64,000 bases of DNA, from contig OY970323.1 in NCBI GenBank assembly GCA_963716985.1, positions 1,504,001-1,568,000 on the forward strand. The letters are read 5' to 3'. The notes under the pieces are model-generated. The model saw nothing but the letters and a program-made list of their open reading frames with translations. It ran no database searches and was not told where the DNA came from. This document shows, in pieces, positions 9,455-19,920 of the stretch. Numbering within the stretch: the stretch's first letter is position 1; the number at the start of each line of letters is the position of its first letter. This stretch comes from an uncultured bacterium. Its GTDB lineage: Bacteria > Chlamydiota > Chlamydiia > Chlamydiales > SM23-39. Made by a program: the position numbers and the translations under genes.

Positions 9455-12400
9455 GTGTCCCGGCAGCCCATCATTTTAAAAAAAGTAAAAGTTCACAACC
9501 TCAAAGAGGTGTCGCTTCAATTAGATTCCAGAAAGCTCATCGTCTTCACGGGAGTCTCCGGATCGGGAAAATCTTCTTTGGCATTCGACACCATCTTTGT
9601 TGAAGGGCAAAGACGCTATATCGAATCTCTCTCCCACCATGCACGCCGCTTCTTAAAAGAAATGAACAAGCCCGATGCCGAGCTCATCTCCGGCCTTTCC
9701 CCTACCCTTGCCATCGAACAAAAGGGCATACAGAAAAATCCAAGGTCCACAGTGGGCACAATTACGACGATCTATGATTATCTCCGCGTTCTTTATGCCA
9801 GAATCGGCACTCCCCACTGTCCGATAAGCGGAGAGGTGGTCATGCCGCAAAGCCGGGAGAAGATCTTGCAAAAGATCGAAAAAAACTTTTGGCATAAAAA
9901 AATCTATCTCCTCTGCCCGCTTGCGCGAAAAAAAAAGGGCTCCTTTCAAGACGAGTTTGCCGATCTCATCAAACGCGGCTTTACCCGAGTAAGAATCGAC
10001 GGATCGCTCGCCGATCTTACGGAAAAAATAGAGCTCAATAAAAGCTTTTTTCACGACATCGATCTTGTCATCGACCGACTCTACATCGAGGAGAGTTCGA
10101 AAAGCCGGTTTGCAGAATCCACCTTTCTTGCTCTCGAAATGGGGGGCGGCTCCCTCTCTGTTCTCGATATTGAAAAAGAAGAGGAGGTCTCTTTTTCCGA
10201 GCATGCTTTTTCGCAAAAATCCCAACTCTCCTATGGACCATTAGAGCCACAAAATTTTTCCTTCAACCATCCCTTTGGCGCTTGCACGAACTGCCAGGGT
10301 CTTGGAGAAACCTATGAATTTATCTTAGAAAAAATCATCGACCCCAACCTGAGCATTGCCCAAGATTGCTGCATCATCGCCAGCCCCTATCAAACGGTTC
10401 GTTTCGGAAACATCTATCGCAACTTAGGGCAGCTTTATGATTTCGACGTCCATACACCCTGGAAAAATCTCTCGGAAGAGGCAAAAAAGGTATTCCTTTA
10501 TGGCACGGGAAAAAAATGGACCCGGATGATCTTCATCCATCCGGTGACAAAAAAACGGTGGCACCAGTTTGTCTCTTGGAAGGGAGTGGTCCACGAAGCA
10601 TTGCTCCGTTTTTCAGAAGCGAAAAGCGAACTATTTCGAAAAAGGATGCAAGAATTCATGGGCCATGGCCTTTGCCCCTCATGCAAAGGAAGCCGTTTAG
10701 AGACCTATCCTTCGGCAACGACAATCGGAGGGAAAAAGATCCATGAGATCACCGCTCTTTCTTTGGAAGAGGCAAAGCAATTCTTCGAAAATCTTTTCCT
10801 AGACGAGGAAGAAACAATCATCGCAGGCGATCTGATTCGAGAAATACAAAAAAGAATTGCGCTTCTCATCGATGTCGGTCTCTCCTACCTTTCTTTAGAC
10901 CGCTCTTCCCTCTCTTTGAGCGGAGGAGAGGCGCAGAGAGTCAAGCTCTCGGCACAGATTGGATCGGGCCTGATCGGGACTACCTATGTTTTGGACGAGC
11001 CCTCCATCGGGCTTCATCCTGCCGACCACCATCAATTAATCCAGACACTCTTCACCATGAGAGACAAGGGAAATACCATCCTTGTCGTCGAACATGATCG
11101 CGAAACGATCGAAAGCGCCGATATCATTGTAGACGTAGGGCCGCTGGCGGGTAAAAATGGAGGAGAGATCCTCTCCTGCGGATCTCTTCAAGAATTGATC
11201 GAAAATCCCCGATCATTAACGGGCGCCTACCTTTCCGGAAAAAAGAAGTTCACTCCCCCCAAAAAGAGAAAAAAGCCTCCGAAAGAAGCCCTTTGTCTTT
11301 ATGGGGCCTCCCTTCATAATCTAAAAAACGTAAATATTCGTATACCCTTGCAACTCTTCACCTGCGTCACAGGCGTGTCCGGCTCCGGGAAATCCTCCCT
11401 CATCTCCGACACCCTTTTTCCCGCTCTTGCAAACCGACTCCATCAGAGCCATCTTCCTTGCGGGAATTTTCAAAAAATCGAAGGACTCGAGCAGATTGAA
11501 AAAGTCATCTTCGTCGATCAATCTCCGATTGGGAAAAACATTCGGTCCAATCCCGCAACCTATATCAAACTATTCGATGAGATCCGCGATCTTTTTTCCT
11601 CTCTTCCCTCAAGTCAAATCCACGGTTTTGGGGCCGGTCATTTCAGTTTCAACATTCTCGAAGGATCCTGCCCCTATTGCAAAGGGCTTGGGGCTGTCAA
11701 AATCGATATGGACTTCATGGAAGATGTCCTTTCCGAATGCATCCAGTGCAAAGGGAAACGCTTCGAAAAAGAGATCCTTTCGGTCGAATATAAGGGCAAA
11801 AACATCTTCGACATACTCGAGATGGAGGTCGATACCGCCTTGGAGTTTTTCGAAGCGATACCCGGCATTCGAAAAAAGCTATCGCTTCTTCAAGAGGTGG
11901 GGCTCGGATATCTGCGCTTGAGCCAAAGCTCTCCCACTCTCTCCGGCGGCGAGGCGCAGCGCATCAAACTGGCCAAAGAACTCTCTCGTCCTTCCCACGG
12001 AAAAACCCTCTATATCTTTGACGAGCCCACAACAGGCCTGCATTTCTATGATATGGAAAAACTCCTTTCGATCTTTCAAAAGCTTCAGGAAAAGGGAAAT
12101 ACCATTCTCGTCGTCGAGCACAACATGGAACTGGTCCAGATGGCCGATTGGATCATTGAAATGGGGCCCGGCGCGAGCCGCTTGGGAGGATCCGTCATCT
12201 TTGAAGGAAATCCCGAGAAGCTCGCGCAAACAGACACGCCGACCGGGAAAGCCCTTGCCCGCCTCTTCCAAAACAAGAAATTTCAAAAGCCGCCACAAGA
12301 AAAACCGGCACTTCCTATCGAGAATATTTCCATTGTCCATGCACAAACCAACAATCTGCAGCAGATCAATCTTGAAATTCCCCATAACAAAATGACCGTG

Positions 12401-15100
12401 ATCACGGGCCCTTCCGGCTGCGGAAAAAGCTCTTTGGCATTTGATACAATTTATGCCGAAGGGCAAAGACGCTACATCGAGGCGCTGCCTCTCTATATCA
12501 GACAATCTGTCAAACAGATGCAGAAGCCAAAAGTAGAAAAAATCGAAGGGCTCACCCCTTGTATCGCCATTGAACAGAAAAGCCATGGGATCAACCCAAG
12601 AAGCACGGCGGGAACATTAACGGAAACCTACGATCTTTTGCGCCTTCTCTTTGCCCATTTAGGGATCGCTTTTTGTCCCGAGACCAAAGAAAAGATCCAA
12701 ACAATCTCGAAAGAATTTGTCGCTAAAAAAATTCTCGCCTTCCCGCTAAAGACAAAGATCCAAATACTCGCCCCTTTAAAAATTTCTAGAGAAGAGAGTT
12801 TTGAAGAGTTTCAAGAACGTTTGAAAAAAGAGGGTTTTGTACGCGTTCGTTTGAACAAGACCTACTTTGAGCTCGACGACAAAATCCCCTACCAAAAAAA
12901 TCTCAAAAATGAACTCTTTCTCGTCATTGACCGACTCATCGTCCAGGAAAAAATCGAAGCAAGAGTTCTTGAAGCGCTCCAGATGGCCGTAAAGATTTCG
13001 GGAGGAACTCTTTTAATCGACCATGAGGGCGAAGACCTCTTTTTCAACCTCTCCTTTGCTGTGGAAAGCACGGGAAAATCCTATCCTTTAATCACCTCGC
13101 AAACCTTCTCTTTCAATTCTGAGCAGGGAATGTGCACGGAGTGTCAAGGCATCGGAACCATCTATGGGAGCATACTTGCCGCGTCCGAAGAATTCACAAG
13201 CCTTTCTCTCGATGAGATTTTCGCCACATTCTTTGATTTGCCGCCACTGGCGCAAAAACTTGCAAAAGAATATTTTTCCGCTTTTAAGATCGATCTTTTC
13301 ACTCCTTTGTCACAGCTTCCCTCTGAAAAAGTGCAGATCATTCTCAACGGATCTTTTGCGGATTATCCCTACAAAAAGCAGAACATTCAATTTCGCTGGC
13401 AAGGTCTTGAGGTCATACTGTCCCACATGGCCAAACATGGAAAGAAAATCTATCGAGAAGCGCTTGTGCCGCTTATGACGGAAAAAACATGTCCCGTCTG
13501 CGAGGGAGCTCGCCTGAACCCCTTGGCATGTAACGTCCTGATCGAAAATTTTTCCCTCCCCGATCTTTGTTCCCTTTCGATTCAAGAAACTCTTCTCTTT
13601 TTTCAAAAACTCTCCCTCCCAAAAGAGAAGGCCTACCTGCATGAAACCCTGCAACAGCTCATCTTGCATCTGGAATTTCTCTCTGACATTGGTCTTGACT
13701 ATCTTTCTTTGAACCGATCGGCCCCTTCCTTGAGCGGCGGAGAGCTGCAGCGCATCCATATTGCAAGACAGCTCTCTTCCGGCCTGACCTCTTGCACCTA
13801 CATTCTCGATGAACCGACCAGAGGCCTCCATCCGGCCGATAATAGCCTCCTTAATCAGGCGTTGAAAAAACTTAAAAACCTTGAAAACACCATCCTTCTT
13901 GTCGAACATGACCCTCTCACGGTTCAAGAAGCAGATCGAATCGTCGACCTTGGGCCCTATGCCGGAAAAGAGGGGGGAAAAATCATGGCGATCGGATCTT
14001 TAGAAGAAATCAAAAAAGATCCGCACTCTTTGACGGGCGCCTATCTTTCCGGAAGAAAAAAAATTCCTCTGCCAAAACAAAGAAGAAAGGCCACTTCCTT
14101 CATCGAAATCAAACGCGCCACCCTCCATAATCTGAAGAACATCTCCCTTTCCCTCCCCAAAGGAGTGATCACCTGCATCACCGGAGTTTCGGGCTGCGGA
14201 AAGTCCACGCTAATCGAAGACATCTTAAAAAAATCTGCGCTCGAATCTCTGCAAAAGAAAACCGACTCTCTCTCCTATGCTTATGCAGAGATTTCAGGCC
14301 TTTCTTCTTTCGACAGCGTGATTTCTCTCGATCAAACGTCGAGCCACCTTTCCGTCCGCTCCGACGTCGCCTCTTTTAGCGAAATACTCCCTCTCATCCG
14401 CTCCCACTATGCCTCATTAAAACTTGCTCAGGCCAAAGGATTAAAACCCGGCCATTTCAGTTATAACCATCCTCGAGGCGCTTGCAGGGCTTGTTTTGGA
14501 CTGGGGGTTAAAACCACCCATCTGCAATTTTTACCGCCCGTGCAAACCACTTGCGAGCTTTGCCATGGATATAAACTCAACCCCTTAAGCCTTGAAATAG
14601 AGTATCTCGGAAAACATTTGGGACAAGCGCTCGAAATGAGCGTTGCTACAGCGGCAGAATTTTTCTCAAAAATTCCCCGTATTTTTAAAAGAATCAACAT
14701 TCTTTTATCCACAGGACTTGGCTATCTAAAGCTCGGTCAAGAGCTCCCCTCCCTTTCCGGAGGAGAGGTCCAGCGATTGCGCCTGGCCCGCGAGCTCATG
14801 AAATCGACCAAAGGCAAAGCCCTTTATCTCTTTGACGAGCCGACCATCGGTCTTCACAGTGAAGATATTTTGCACCTCCTTCCCATCTTCCATCGGTTGG
14901 CCGACAAGGGCCATACGGTGATCATCATCGAACACAACCTGGATATGATTGCCCAGGCAGACTTTGTAATCGACCTTGGCCCCAAGGGCGGTCTTCATGG
15001 AGGAGAAGTCGTAGCCATCGGCACTCCGGAAGAGCTCGCACAAAGCCCAAATTCCAAAACGGGCCGATACTTAGCACCTCTCTTCTCCTTGCCAAAATAA
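9455..15100 (+). CDS. uvrA: Excinuclease ABC subunit A, tandem-duplicated (chlamydial double-length form)
   Basis: Four Walker A motifs (GVSGSGKSS twice, GPSGCGKSS, GVSGCGKST), four LSGGE signatures, zinc fingers; 1881 aa. Confidence 0.97.
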   Translation: MSRQPIILKKVKVHNLKEVSLQLDSRKLIVFTGVSGSGKSSLAFDTIFVEGQRRYIESLSHHARRFLKEMNKPDAELISGLSPTLAIEQKGIQKNPRSTVGTITTIYDYLRVLYARIGTPHCPISGEVVMPQSREKILQKIEKNFWHKKIYLLCPLARKKKGSFQDEFADLIKRGFTRVRIDGSLADLTEKIELNKSFFHDIDLVIDRLYIEESSKSRFAESTFLALEMGGGSLSVLDIEKEEEVSFSEHAFSQKSQLSYGPLEPQNFSFNHPFGACTNCQGLGETYEFILEKIIDPNLSIAQDCCIIASPYQTVRFGNIYRNLGQLYDFDVHTPWKNLSEEAKKVFLYGTGKKWTRMIFIHPVTKKRWHQFVSWKGVVHEALLRFSEAKSELFRKRMQEFMGHGLCPSCKGSRLETYPSATTIGGKKIHEITALSLEEAKQFFENLFLDEEETIIAGDLIREIQKRIALLIDVGLSYLSLDRSSLSLSGGEAQRVKLSAQIGSGLIGTTYVLDEPSIGLHPADHHQLIQTLFTMRDKGNTILVVEHDRETIESADIIVDVGPLAGKNGGEILSCGSLQELIENPRSLTGAYLSGKKKFTPPKKRKKPPKEALCLYGASLHNLKNVNIRIPLQLFTCVTGVSGSGKSSLISDTLFPALANRLHQSHLPCGNFQKIEGLEQIEKVIFVDQSPIGKNIRSNPATYIKLFDEIRDLFSSLPSSQIHGFGAGHFSFNILEGSCPYCKGLGAVKIDMDFMEDVLSECIQCKGKRFEKEILSVEYKGKNIFDILEMEVDTALEFFEAIPGIRKKLSLLQEVGLGYLRLSQSSPTLSGGEAQRIKLAKELSRPSHGKTLYIFDEPTTGLHFYDMEKLLSIFQKLQEKGNTILVVEHNMELVQMADWIIEMGPGASRLGGSVIFEGNPEKLAQTDTPTGKALARLFQNKKFQKPPQEKPALPIENISIVHAQTNNLQQINLEIPHNKMTVITGPSGCGKSSLAFDTIYAEGQRRYIEALPLYIRQSVKQMQKPKVEKIEGLTPCIAIEQKSHGINPRSTAGTLTETYDLLRLLFAHLGIAFCPETKEKIQTISKEFVAKKILAFPLKTKIQILAPLKISREESFEEFQERLKKEGFVRVRLNKTYFELDDKIPYQKNLKNELFLVIDRLIVQEKIEARVLEALQMAVKISGGTLLIDHEGEDLFFNLSFAVESTGKSYPLITSQTFSFNSEQGMCTECQGIGTIYGSILAASEEFTSLSLDEIFATFFDLPPLAQKLAKEYFSAFKIDLFTPLSQLPSEKVQIILNGSFADYPYKKQNIQFRWQGLEVILSHMAKHGKKIYREALVPLMTEKTCPVCEGARLNPLACNVLIENFSLPDLCSLSIQETLLFFQKLSLPKEKAYLHETLQQLILHLEFLSDIGLDYLSLNRSAPSLSGGELQRIHIARQLSSGLTSCTYILDEPTRGLHPADNSLLNQALKKLKNLENTILLVEHDPLTVQEADRIVDLGPYAGKEGGKIMAIGSLEEIKKDPHSLTGAYLSGRKKIPLPKQRRKATSFIEIKRATLHNLKNISLSLPKGVITCITGVSGCGKSTLIEDILKKSALESLQKKTDSLSYAYAEISGLSSFDSVISLDQTSSHLSVRSDVASFSEILPLIRSHYASLKLAQAKGLKPGHFSYNHPRGACRACFGLGVKTTHLQFLPPVQTTCELCHGYKLNPLSLEIEYLGKHLGQALEMSVATAAEFFSKIPRIFKRINILLSTGLGYLKLGQELPSLSGGEVQRLRLARELMKSTKGKALYLFDEPTIGLHSEDILHLLPIFHRLADKGHTVIIIEHNLDMIAQADFVIDLGPKGGLHGGEVVAIGTPEELAQSPNSKTGRYLAPLFSLPK

Positions 15101-15136
15101 AAAATATTCTTACAATGGCAAAAAAGGAGTTTTTTT

Positions 15137-15451
15137 ATGACGCCTCCCCTGCCCCAAAAAAAAGCCCGGGCCTATTCCCTTGCTTTTATGCTTCTCATTC
15201 TCGCCATCATTACCTATTGGAATGTTTGGTGGCCGGGCGTACTTCTTGCCATCGGCCTTCCTTCCGCCTTAAAACAAGGCTTGATGAAGAAATACGCCGA
15301 TATGAGCGTTTCTCTCATCGTCTTCGTCGGAAGCTTCATCGCGGTGCAGTTTGGCATGGGCGGAAAAATCATTGCCGCCATCCTGCTGTTTTCCGGCTCT
15401 CTTTACGTTTTTATTAAAGAGCTGATGGCAGAAAAGAAAAAAGAGCTTTAA
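15137..15451 (+). CDS. Small multi-pass membrane protein
   Basis: 104 aa, four hydrophobic segments, WWPGVLLAIG motif, AAGGAG RBS. Confidence 0.65.
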   Translation: MTPPLPQKKARAYSLAFMLLILAIITYWNVWWPGVLLAIGLPSALKQGLMKKYADMSVSLIVFVGSFIAVQFGMGGKIIAAILLFSGSLYVFIKELMAEKKKEL

Positions 15452-15492
15452 GACTTCCCAAAAAGAGAAGGTCGCAATCCCCCTCTCTTTTT

Positions 15493-16812
15493 TCATCCCA
15501 ACATGTTTTTCACCAAATGGTCTATGGCATGCACCAAATAGAATGGAACGGATAAAATTCGATTGTGAAAGGATAGGGGCATTTCAGAAATGCGAATGCC
15601 TAAAGGAGCTTTTTTGGCATCCAAAAAGCTTTGCAGCGAACAAAGCCTTCCCGTCGATCCTGCTTTCACTTCTATAGGGATCATTTGCGAATCTACAGTG
15701 ACTACAAAATCAACCTCAGCTTCCGATTTTTCCTTTTCCCAAAAAAGGAGTGAGCGATTTTGATAAGGTTTTGCATAAGCCAAAAGCTCTTGTCCGACAA
15801 ACTGTTCTGCCAAACTACCGGCATTGATTTGGTTGATATCTTTTTCCCAAATATCTTGCGCATCGATTTGGCTAGCCGTTTGTAAAAGGCCAACATCAAG
15901 AAAAAGAAGTTTAAAACGATTTTCTTTCATGTGCGCATGCAAAGGTATGCCGCTTGCCGTTGTGGCAAAAACTTGATGGATAATTCCTGCTTTTGTCAAA
16001 AGTTCAAGAGCAGGTTTTAGATCGCGGGATCTAGACTCTTTGTCAATTTGGACATATTTGACAATTTTTCCCACAAGCGCTGGCGCTTTTTGAAAAAGCA
16101 AATACAAATATTTATGCAGAACCTCTGCAGAATATTTTCCAAAATCACTCGAATAAGCTTGTAAAATCCTCTCGTGAACTTTTTGGCACTCTAAAAATGA
16201 TTCTTTCAATAAATAGCTTGCAATGGCATCCGGCATCCCTCCAATAAAGAAAAACCGTCTTACCCATTTGAGCATCTCTTCATGCTCGAGTGTTGAAAGG
16301 GGTTTTTCCATTGTTGCAGAAGAAATCCGTTCATAGGAAATAGGGGCGGTTGTTTGTAAAAACTCCATAAGAGAAAAAGGGCGCAAATAAAAAAATTCTA
16401 CCCTTCCTACAGGAAAAGAGTAACGCTCATCGTGAAGAAAAAACTCCATGAGCGATCCCGCAGCAATCACATGAAGTTGTGGCATCAATTCTTTAAAATA
16501 TCGCAGACTCGTCAAAGCTTCGGGACATTCTTGAATTTCATCAAGAAATAAAAGAGTTTTTCCCGGAACGATTTTTTTTTGTAGAGCCATCTCGATTTTT
16601 TGTGCTATTTCTTTGGCATCCGGAGTGACAAAACATTTTTTTAGATGTGGATATCTTTCAAAATCGATGATGAGAACTTCATCGAAAAAAGTTTTCCCAA
16701 AGGATTCGATGAGATAACTTTTCCCTACCTGACGAGCTCCTCTAAGAATAAGAGGCAAATGCTCTGGGCTCTTTTTCCAGGCGATGAGATCTTTTTCTAA
16801 AAATCGCTTCAT
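15493..16812 (-). CDS. AAA+ ATPase (AAA_14 + DUF4143 type) with C-terminal PD-(D/E)xK-like motif
   Basis: LRGARQVGKS, LFLDEIQ, AAGSL, GGMP, EVDFV...PIEVKAG. Confidence 0.9.
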   Translation of the reverse strand: MKRFLEKDLIAWKKSPEHLPLILRGARQVGKSYLIESFGKTFFDEVLIIDFERYPHLKKCFVTPDAKEIAQKIEMALQKKIVPGKTLLFLDEIQECPEALTSLRYFKELMPQLHVIAAGSLMEFFLHDERYSFPVGRVEFFYLRPFSLMEFLQTTAPISYERISSATMEKPLSTLEHEEMLKWVRRFFFIGGMPDAIASYLLKESFLECQKVHERILQAYSSDFGKYSAEVLHKYLYLLFQKAPALVGKIVKYVQIDKESRSRDLKPALELLTKAGIIHQVFATTASGIPLHAHMKENRFKLLFLDVGLLQTASQIDAQDIWEKDINQINAGSLAEQFVGQELLAYAKPYQNRSLLFWEKEKSEAEVDFVVTVDSQMIPIEVKAGSTGRLCSLQSFLDAKKAPLGIRISEMPLSFHNRILSVPFYLVHAIDHLVKNMLG

Positions 16813-16845
16813 GTCTTAAAATTACCATTTTTTGGCTATTTTAAC

Positions 16846-16880
16846 TACCTATTTCAGCCAAATTTTGGCGAAAATAGGTA
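16846..16880. promoter_or_regulatory. 35-bp near-perfect palindrome upstream of the AAA gene (candidate operator)
   Basis: TACCTATTTCAGCCAAATTTTGGCGAAAATAGGTA; the half-site TTTCAGCCAAATTT recurs at ~16886. Confidence 0.5.
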
Positions 16881-17052
16881 TGCTTTTCAGCCAAATTTCA
16901 AGACATTAAAGAGATAGGTACCTTATATTTAGCATTTTGCGACGAAATGCAAAAAATTTTTATGATGACGAGCGAGAACACCACCAGCCTCGCGCCGGTG
17001 GATGAAAGCTCGCCATCTCACGAAATCTTCCGTTAAAAGTTCCTTTCTCTCT

Positions 17053-17724
17053 TTAAAAATGTTTTCCAAAACCCATCCCTGCCTTTAACCCACCCGCTTG
17101 GCTTGCGCAGTTTTCATTTCCATGAAGCGGAAGGTAGAGATAGTCAGCAAAAAAATCCAGATAAAGAGAATGGTAGAAAAACCATTGGAATTGGGATTTA
17201 AAAACCCCTCCCCATCGTCGGTAGCGCGTGTGCTTATTGGCAGATTCGCAAGAACTCTGATCGGCAACGTTTAAAAAATAATAGGTGGGCCCTAATCCTA
17301 AAGATAGTTTCAAACAGCGGTTCAGTCGAAATTGATACTTTAGGCCCATGCTCAGAGGAATCAAATGAATTTTCGAGTGGTGGTCTTGGTCGATCGCGCC
17401 TTTTTTGGGAAACCAGCTGATATTGGCCCAAAGATAAAAATTTCGGTGTAGTTTTTGTGCGCTTTCGATTTCATAATCAAGCCGCGCACCTCGATAAATT
17501 TTACGGAAAATAGGAGCGCGCGGATAAAAATAAGCGATACGCAATTCGGTCTCATTGCCAAAATCGCGAATGCGCTTTGAGGGCATTGAAGAGGAGGCCT
17601 TTTCACAAGAAGATTTTGATATAGCGCAAGCGTCCTTCGAATCATTAAAGGAGAAAAAGAGCAGCGCTATGCAGATATTGGCGATGAGAAAAAAGGGGCT
17701 CTTCCGGTTCGAATATTTTTTCAT
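17053..17724 (-). CDS. Small outer-membrane beta-barrel protein
   Basis: Signal peptide, amphipathic strands (LIPLSMGLKYQF, LGLGPTY, LDFFADY), terminal Phe. Confidence 0.75.
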   Translation of the reverse strand: MKKYSNRKSPFFLIANICIALLFFSFNDSKDACAISKSSCEKASSSMPSKRIRDFGNETELRIAYFYPRAPIFRKIYRGARLDYEIESAQKLHRNFYLWANISWFPKKGAIDQDHHSKIHLIPLSMGLKYQFRLNRCLKLSLGLGPTYYFLNVADQSSCESANKHTRYRRWGGVFKSQFQWFFYHSLYLDFFADYLYLPLHGNENCASQAGGLKAGMGFGKHF

Positions 17725-17750
17725 TTTCTAGTTCCTTTTATTTTTTTAGA

Positions 17751-19709
17751 TCATATCGAAACTTTTGCAAAACCACTTGAAATAGTTCCTCCGCTACCTA
17801 TAGAAAAAAGATAGTATGTGTGATGTTTTTTTGGTTCGCAAATAGAGAAACACAAAGGGCCATCGGCGGCGATTTGTGCGACAAAATGAGTTCTTTCTTC
17901 ATCCTGATAAATCAGATAACCAACGGGCGGGATGCCGGACAAAGGGGGCGAAAAACAGATTTTATTATAAAAGCAATCTTGCGTTAAAAATTGTTTGCAA
18001 GTTTGTGAAATCTGGATATTTATGGGCGGTAAAAGAGAAGAAACGGTCAACTGCAACGATTGCATTGCTTGAGGACCGCCGTTGTTATAAGTCATTTGCC
18101 CAAAATAGGTTTGATTGAGCGATGTTCCTGCGCTATTGATAACGGTAAGCGTAACAGTGTAAGGTTGCGATCTTGGAACATATGTATGAGGAGCCGGCCG
18201 AGGAGATGTGGTTGTCAACAAAAGGCTTCCGTCGCCAAAATCCCAAATGTATTTGCTAACGGTTCCTGTCGGCGATAAAGAATCAGAAGCATCAAATTGA
18301 ACAGTTGTGTCATTCAAAAACGAAAAAGACATATAAGCGACGGGCGCCTGGTCGGGTGTGATGCCGGGATTTGTGATTTCGTTTCCAATCGTTTGGGAAG
18401 TTGTTTTTAGGGTGGTGGTGTCAAAAATGATGATCTTTTCCGGAGAAGATCCATTCCCCGCAAAACCTCGAAGACCATCCGGAGTGAGAGAAATGCCATT
18501 GACCAGTTTTGGCGTGGGAATATTTTCCGGCAGCAAAACGGGAGTCGGTCCTGTTAGGTCAATGCGAGAAATGTTTCCACTTTGAGTGTTTGTGACATAA
18601 GCGATGGTGGAATCGGGGGAGGGCAAAATTTGCGGAAAGAAATTTTCCTGGTTCAAGGCAAAACCTGCAAGAGAAACGGGAATTTCGGGGCCCGGAGGAA
18701 CCAAACGAGAGTAAAAAAGAGCTTTGCCGAGAGTATTGTCAAGCACCATGGCGCCAGAGTCATTTGTATTTTGAATGAAAAGATCTTCCCGAGAAAGCTT
18801 TGTGCTTGTATTTGTCGTGGTAAATGCGATCCAAGAAGGATTTTGAAGAGTCTGATCCGTATAATCCCCGATGACAGCCTTCTTAATCGGATCGATGACC
18901 GTGATCGATTTTGAACCAAAGTTGGTGGTGAAAGCCGTCAGCGTTTGAGCGTTGGGCAAAAAGGCAACAGCCACCGGATTTAGCCCACTTTTATATGTCG
19001 ACACATAGCGAGGATTTTCACGATCGGTGATGTCCAATTGAATAATACTGTTGGCTCTATAGTCGCTGATTAAGAGAATATGGCCATCTCCGGGAGAGAT
19101 CGCAAGAGCGATAGGATTTGTTGCCAGCTCTGCAAGTGAAAAGGAAATTGTAGAGTCTTCCGTATTCAAAGCAGTGTTCATAATGGAGAGAGTGCGGCTG
19201 GAGTAATTGACGCAAAATGCAAACTTCCCGTCAGGGGTGACGCTAACAGCCTCGCTTCCGCTGCCGGTGCTGATGGCGGCAATCTTTTCGTCAGTTTTTG
19301 CTTTGAATACATAGACATTACCCTTTCCTCCCCCATTAAAATCAGGAACGAAAGCAAGCCACTCATCTTGGTAAGTGAAGTAGTCGAAAGGATGGTTGGG
19401 CAAAGAGGTTTCATCAGCGGTAACGGTAACACAGACAGTTTCTGGAGAAGAGGGAGGAAGCGCGGTTGCTTTCACCGTGATGGAAGTATCGCCATTTACG
19501 ATAAAATCTTTTGAAGGAACGGAAAAACTTCCAAAATGCACATCCGTTGCTTTGAGAAATGCAGTTCCGGTGATTGTGATCTCAGGGCTCAGAGCTGTTC
19601 TTGAAGGACCAAACGCTTTTGGAGAGATTTTTGTAATGGTGGGCAGTGCCATGATCTGGGTAGATAAAAACAGGCTTGCACAAAAAAACAAAAGTTTCCA
19701 TTTTTCCAT
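17751..19709 (-). CDS. Secreted IPT/TIG + YncE-like beta-propeller + PKD domain protein
   Basis: Signal peptide; ITITGT..VHFG (IPT); repeated VTPDG/ISPG/LTPDG blades; FDASDS..YIWDFGDG..YTVTLTV (PKD). Confidence 0.8.
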   Translation of the reverse strand: MEKWKLLFFCASLFLSTQIMALPTITKISPKAFGPSRTALSPEITITGTAFLKATDVHFGSFSVPSKDFIVNGDTSITVKATALPPSSPETVCVTVTADETSLPNHPFDYFTYQDEWLAFVPDFNGGGKGNVYVFKAKTDEKIAAISTGSGSEAVSVTPDGKFAFCVNYSSRTLSIMNTALNTEDSTISFSLAELATNPIALAISPGDGHILLISDYRANSIIQLDITDRENPRYVSTYKSGLNPVAVAFLPNAQTLTAFTTNFGSKSITVIDPIKKAVIGDYTDQTLQNPSWIAFTTTNTSTKLSREDLFIQNTNDSGAMVLDNTLGKALFYSRLVPPGPEIPVSLAGFALNQENFFPQILPSPDSTIAYVTNTQSGNISRIDLTGPTPVLLPENIPTPKLVNGISLTPDGLRGFAGNGSSPEKIIIFDTTTLKTTSQTIGNEITNPGITPDQAPVAYMSFSFLNDTTVQFDASDSLSPTGTVSKYIWDFGDGSLLLTTTSPRPAPHTYVPRSQPYTVTLTVINSAGTSLNQTYFGQMTYNNGGPQAMQSLQLTVSSLLPPINIQISQTCKQFLTQDCFYNKICFSPPLSGIPPVGYLIYQDEERTHFVAQIAADGPLCFSICEPKKHHTYYLFSIGSGGTISSGFAKVSI

Positions 19710-19920
19710 AAATACCCCGGGTAAAAGACGCTTCCTTAAAAGAACAAATTTTTTAGCATATTCGCAAAAATCTTATACAGAACAAATTTAAAGAAAAATA
19801 ATAATTTTAGAAAAAACTTACGGCCGACAACTTCTTCCGAAAAAAGTCGATCTCTCGCATCTTCCCTTATCTTCAAACTTTTTTCTCATCTTCACAAAGC
19901 CCCAAGCGAGCTCAGGATCT

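Noticed and set aside
8043..14712. Numerous 60-235 aa overlapping or antisense ORFs within pyk and uvrA
   Set aside because: They overlap well-supported genes and carry no recognisable domains.
9455..15100. Double-length UvrA as a novelty
   Set aside because: The tandem-fused UvrA is a known chlamydial trait; used only as a taxonomic clue.
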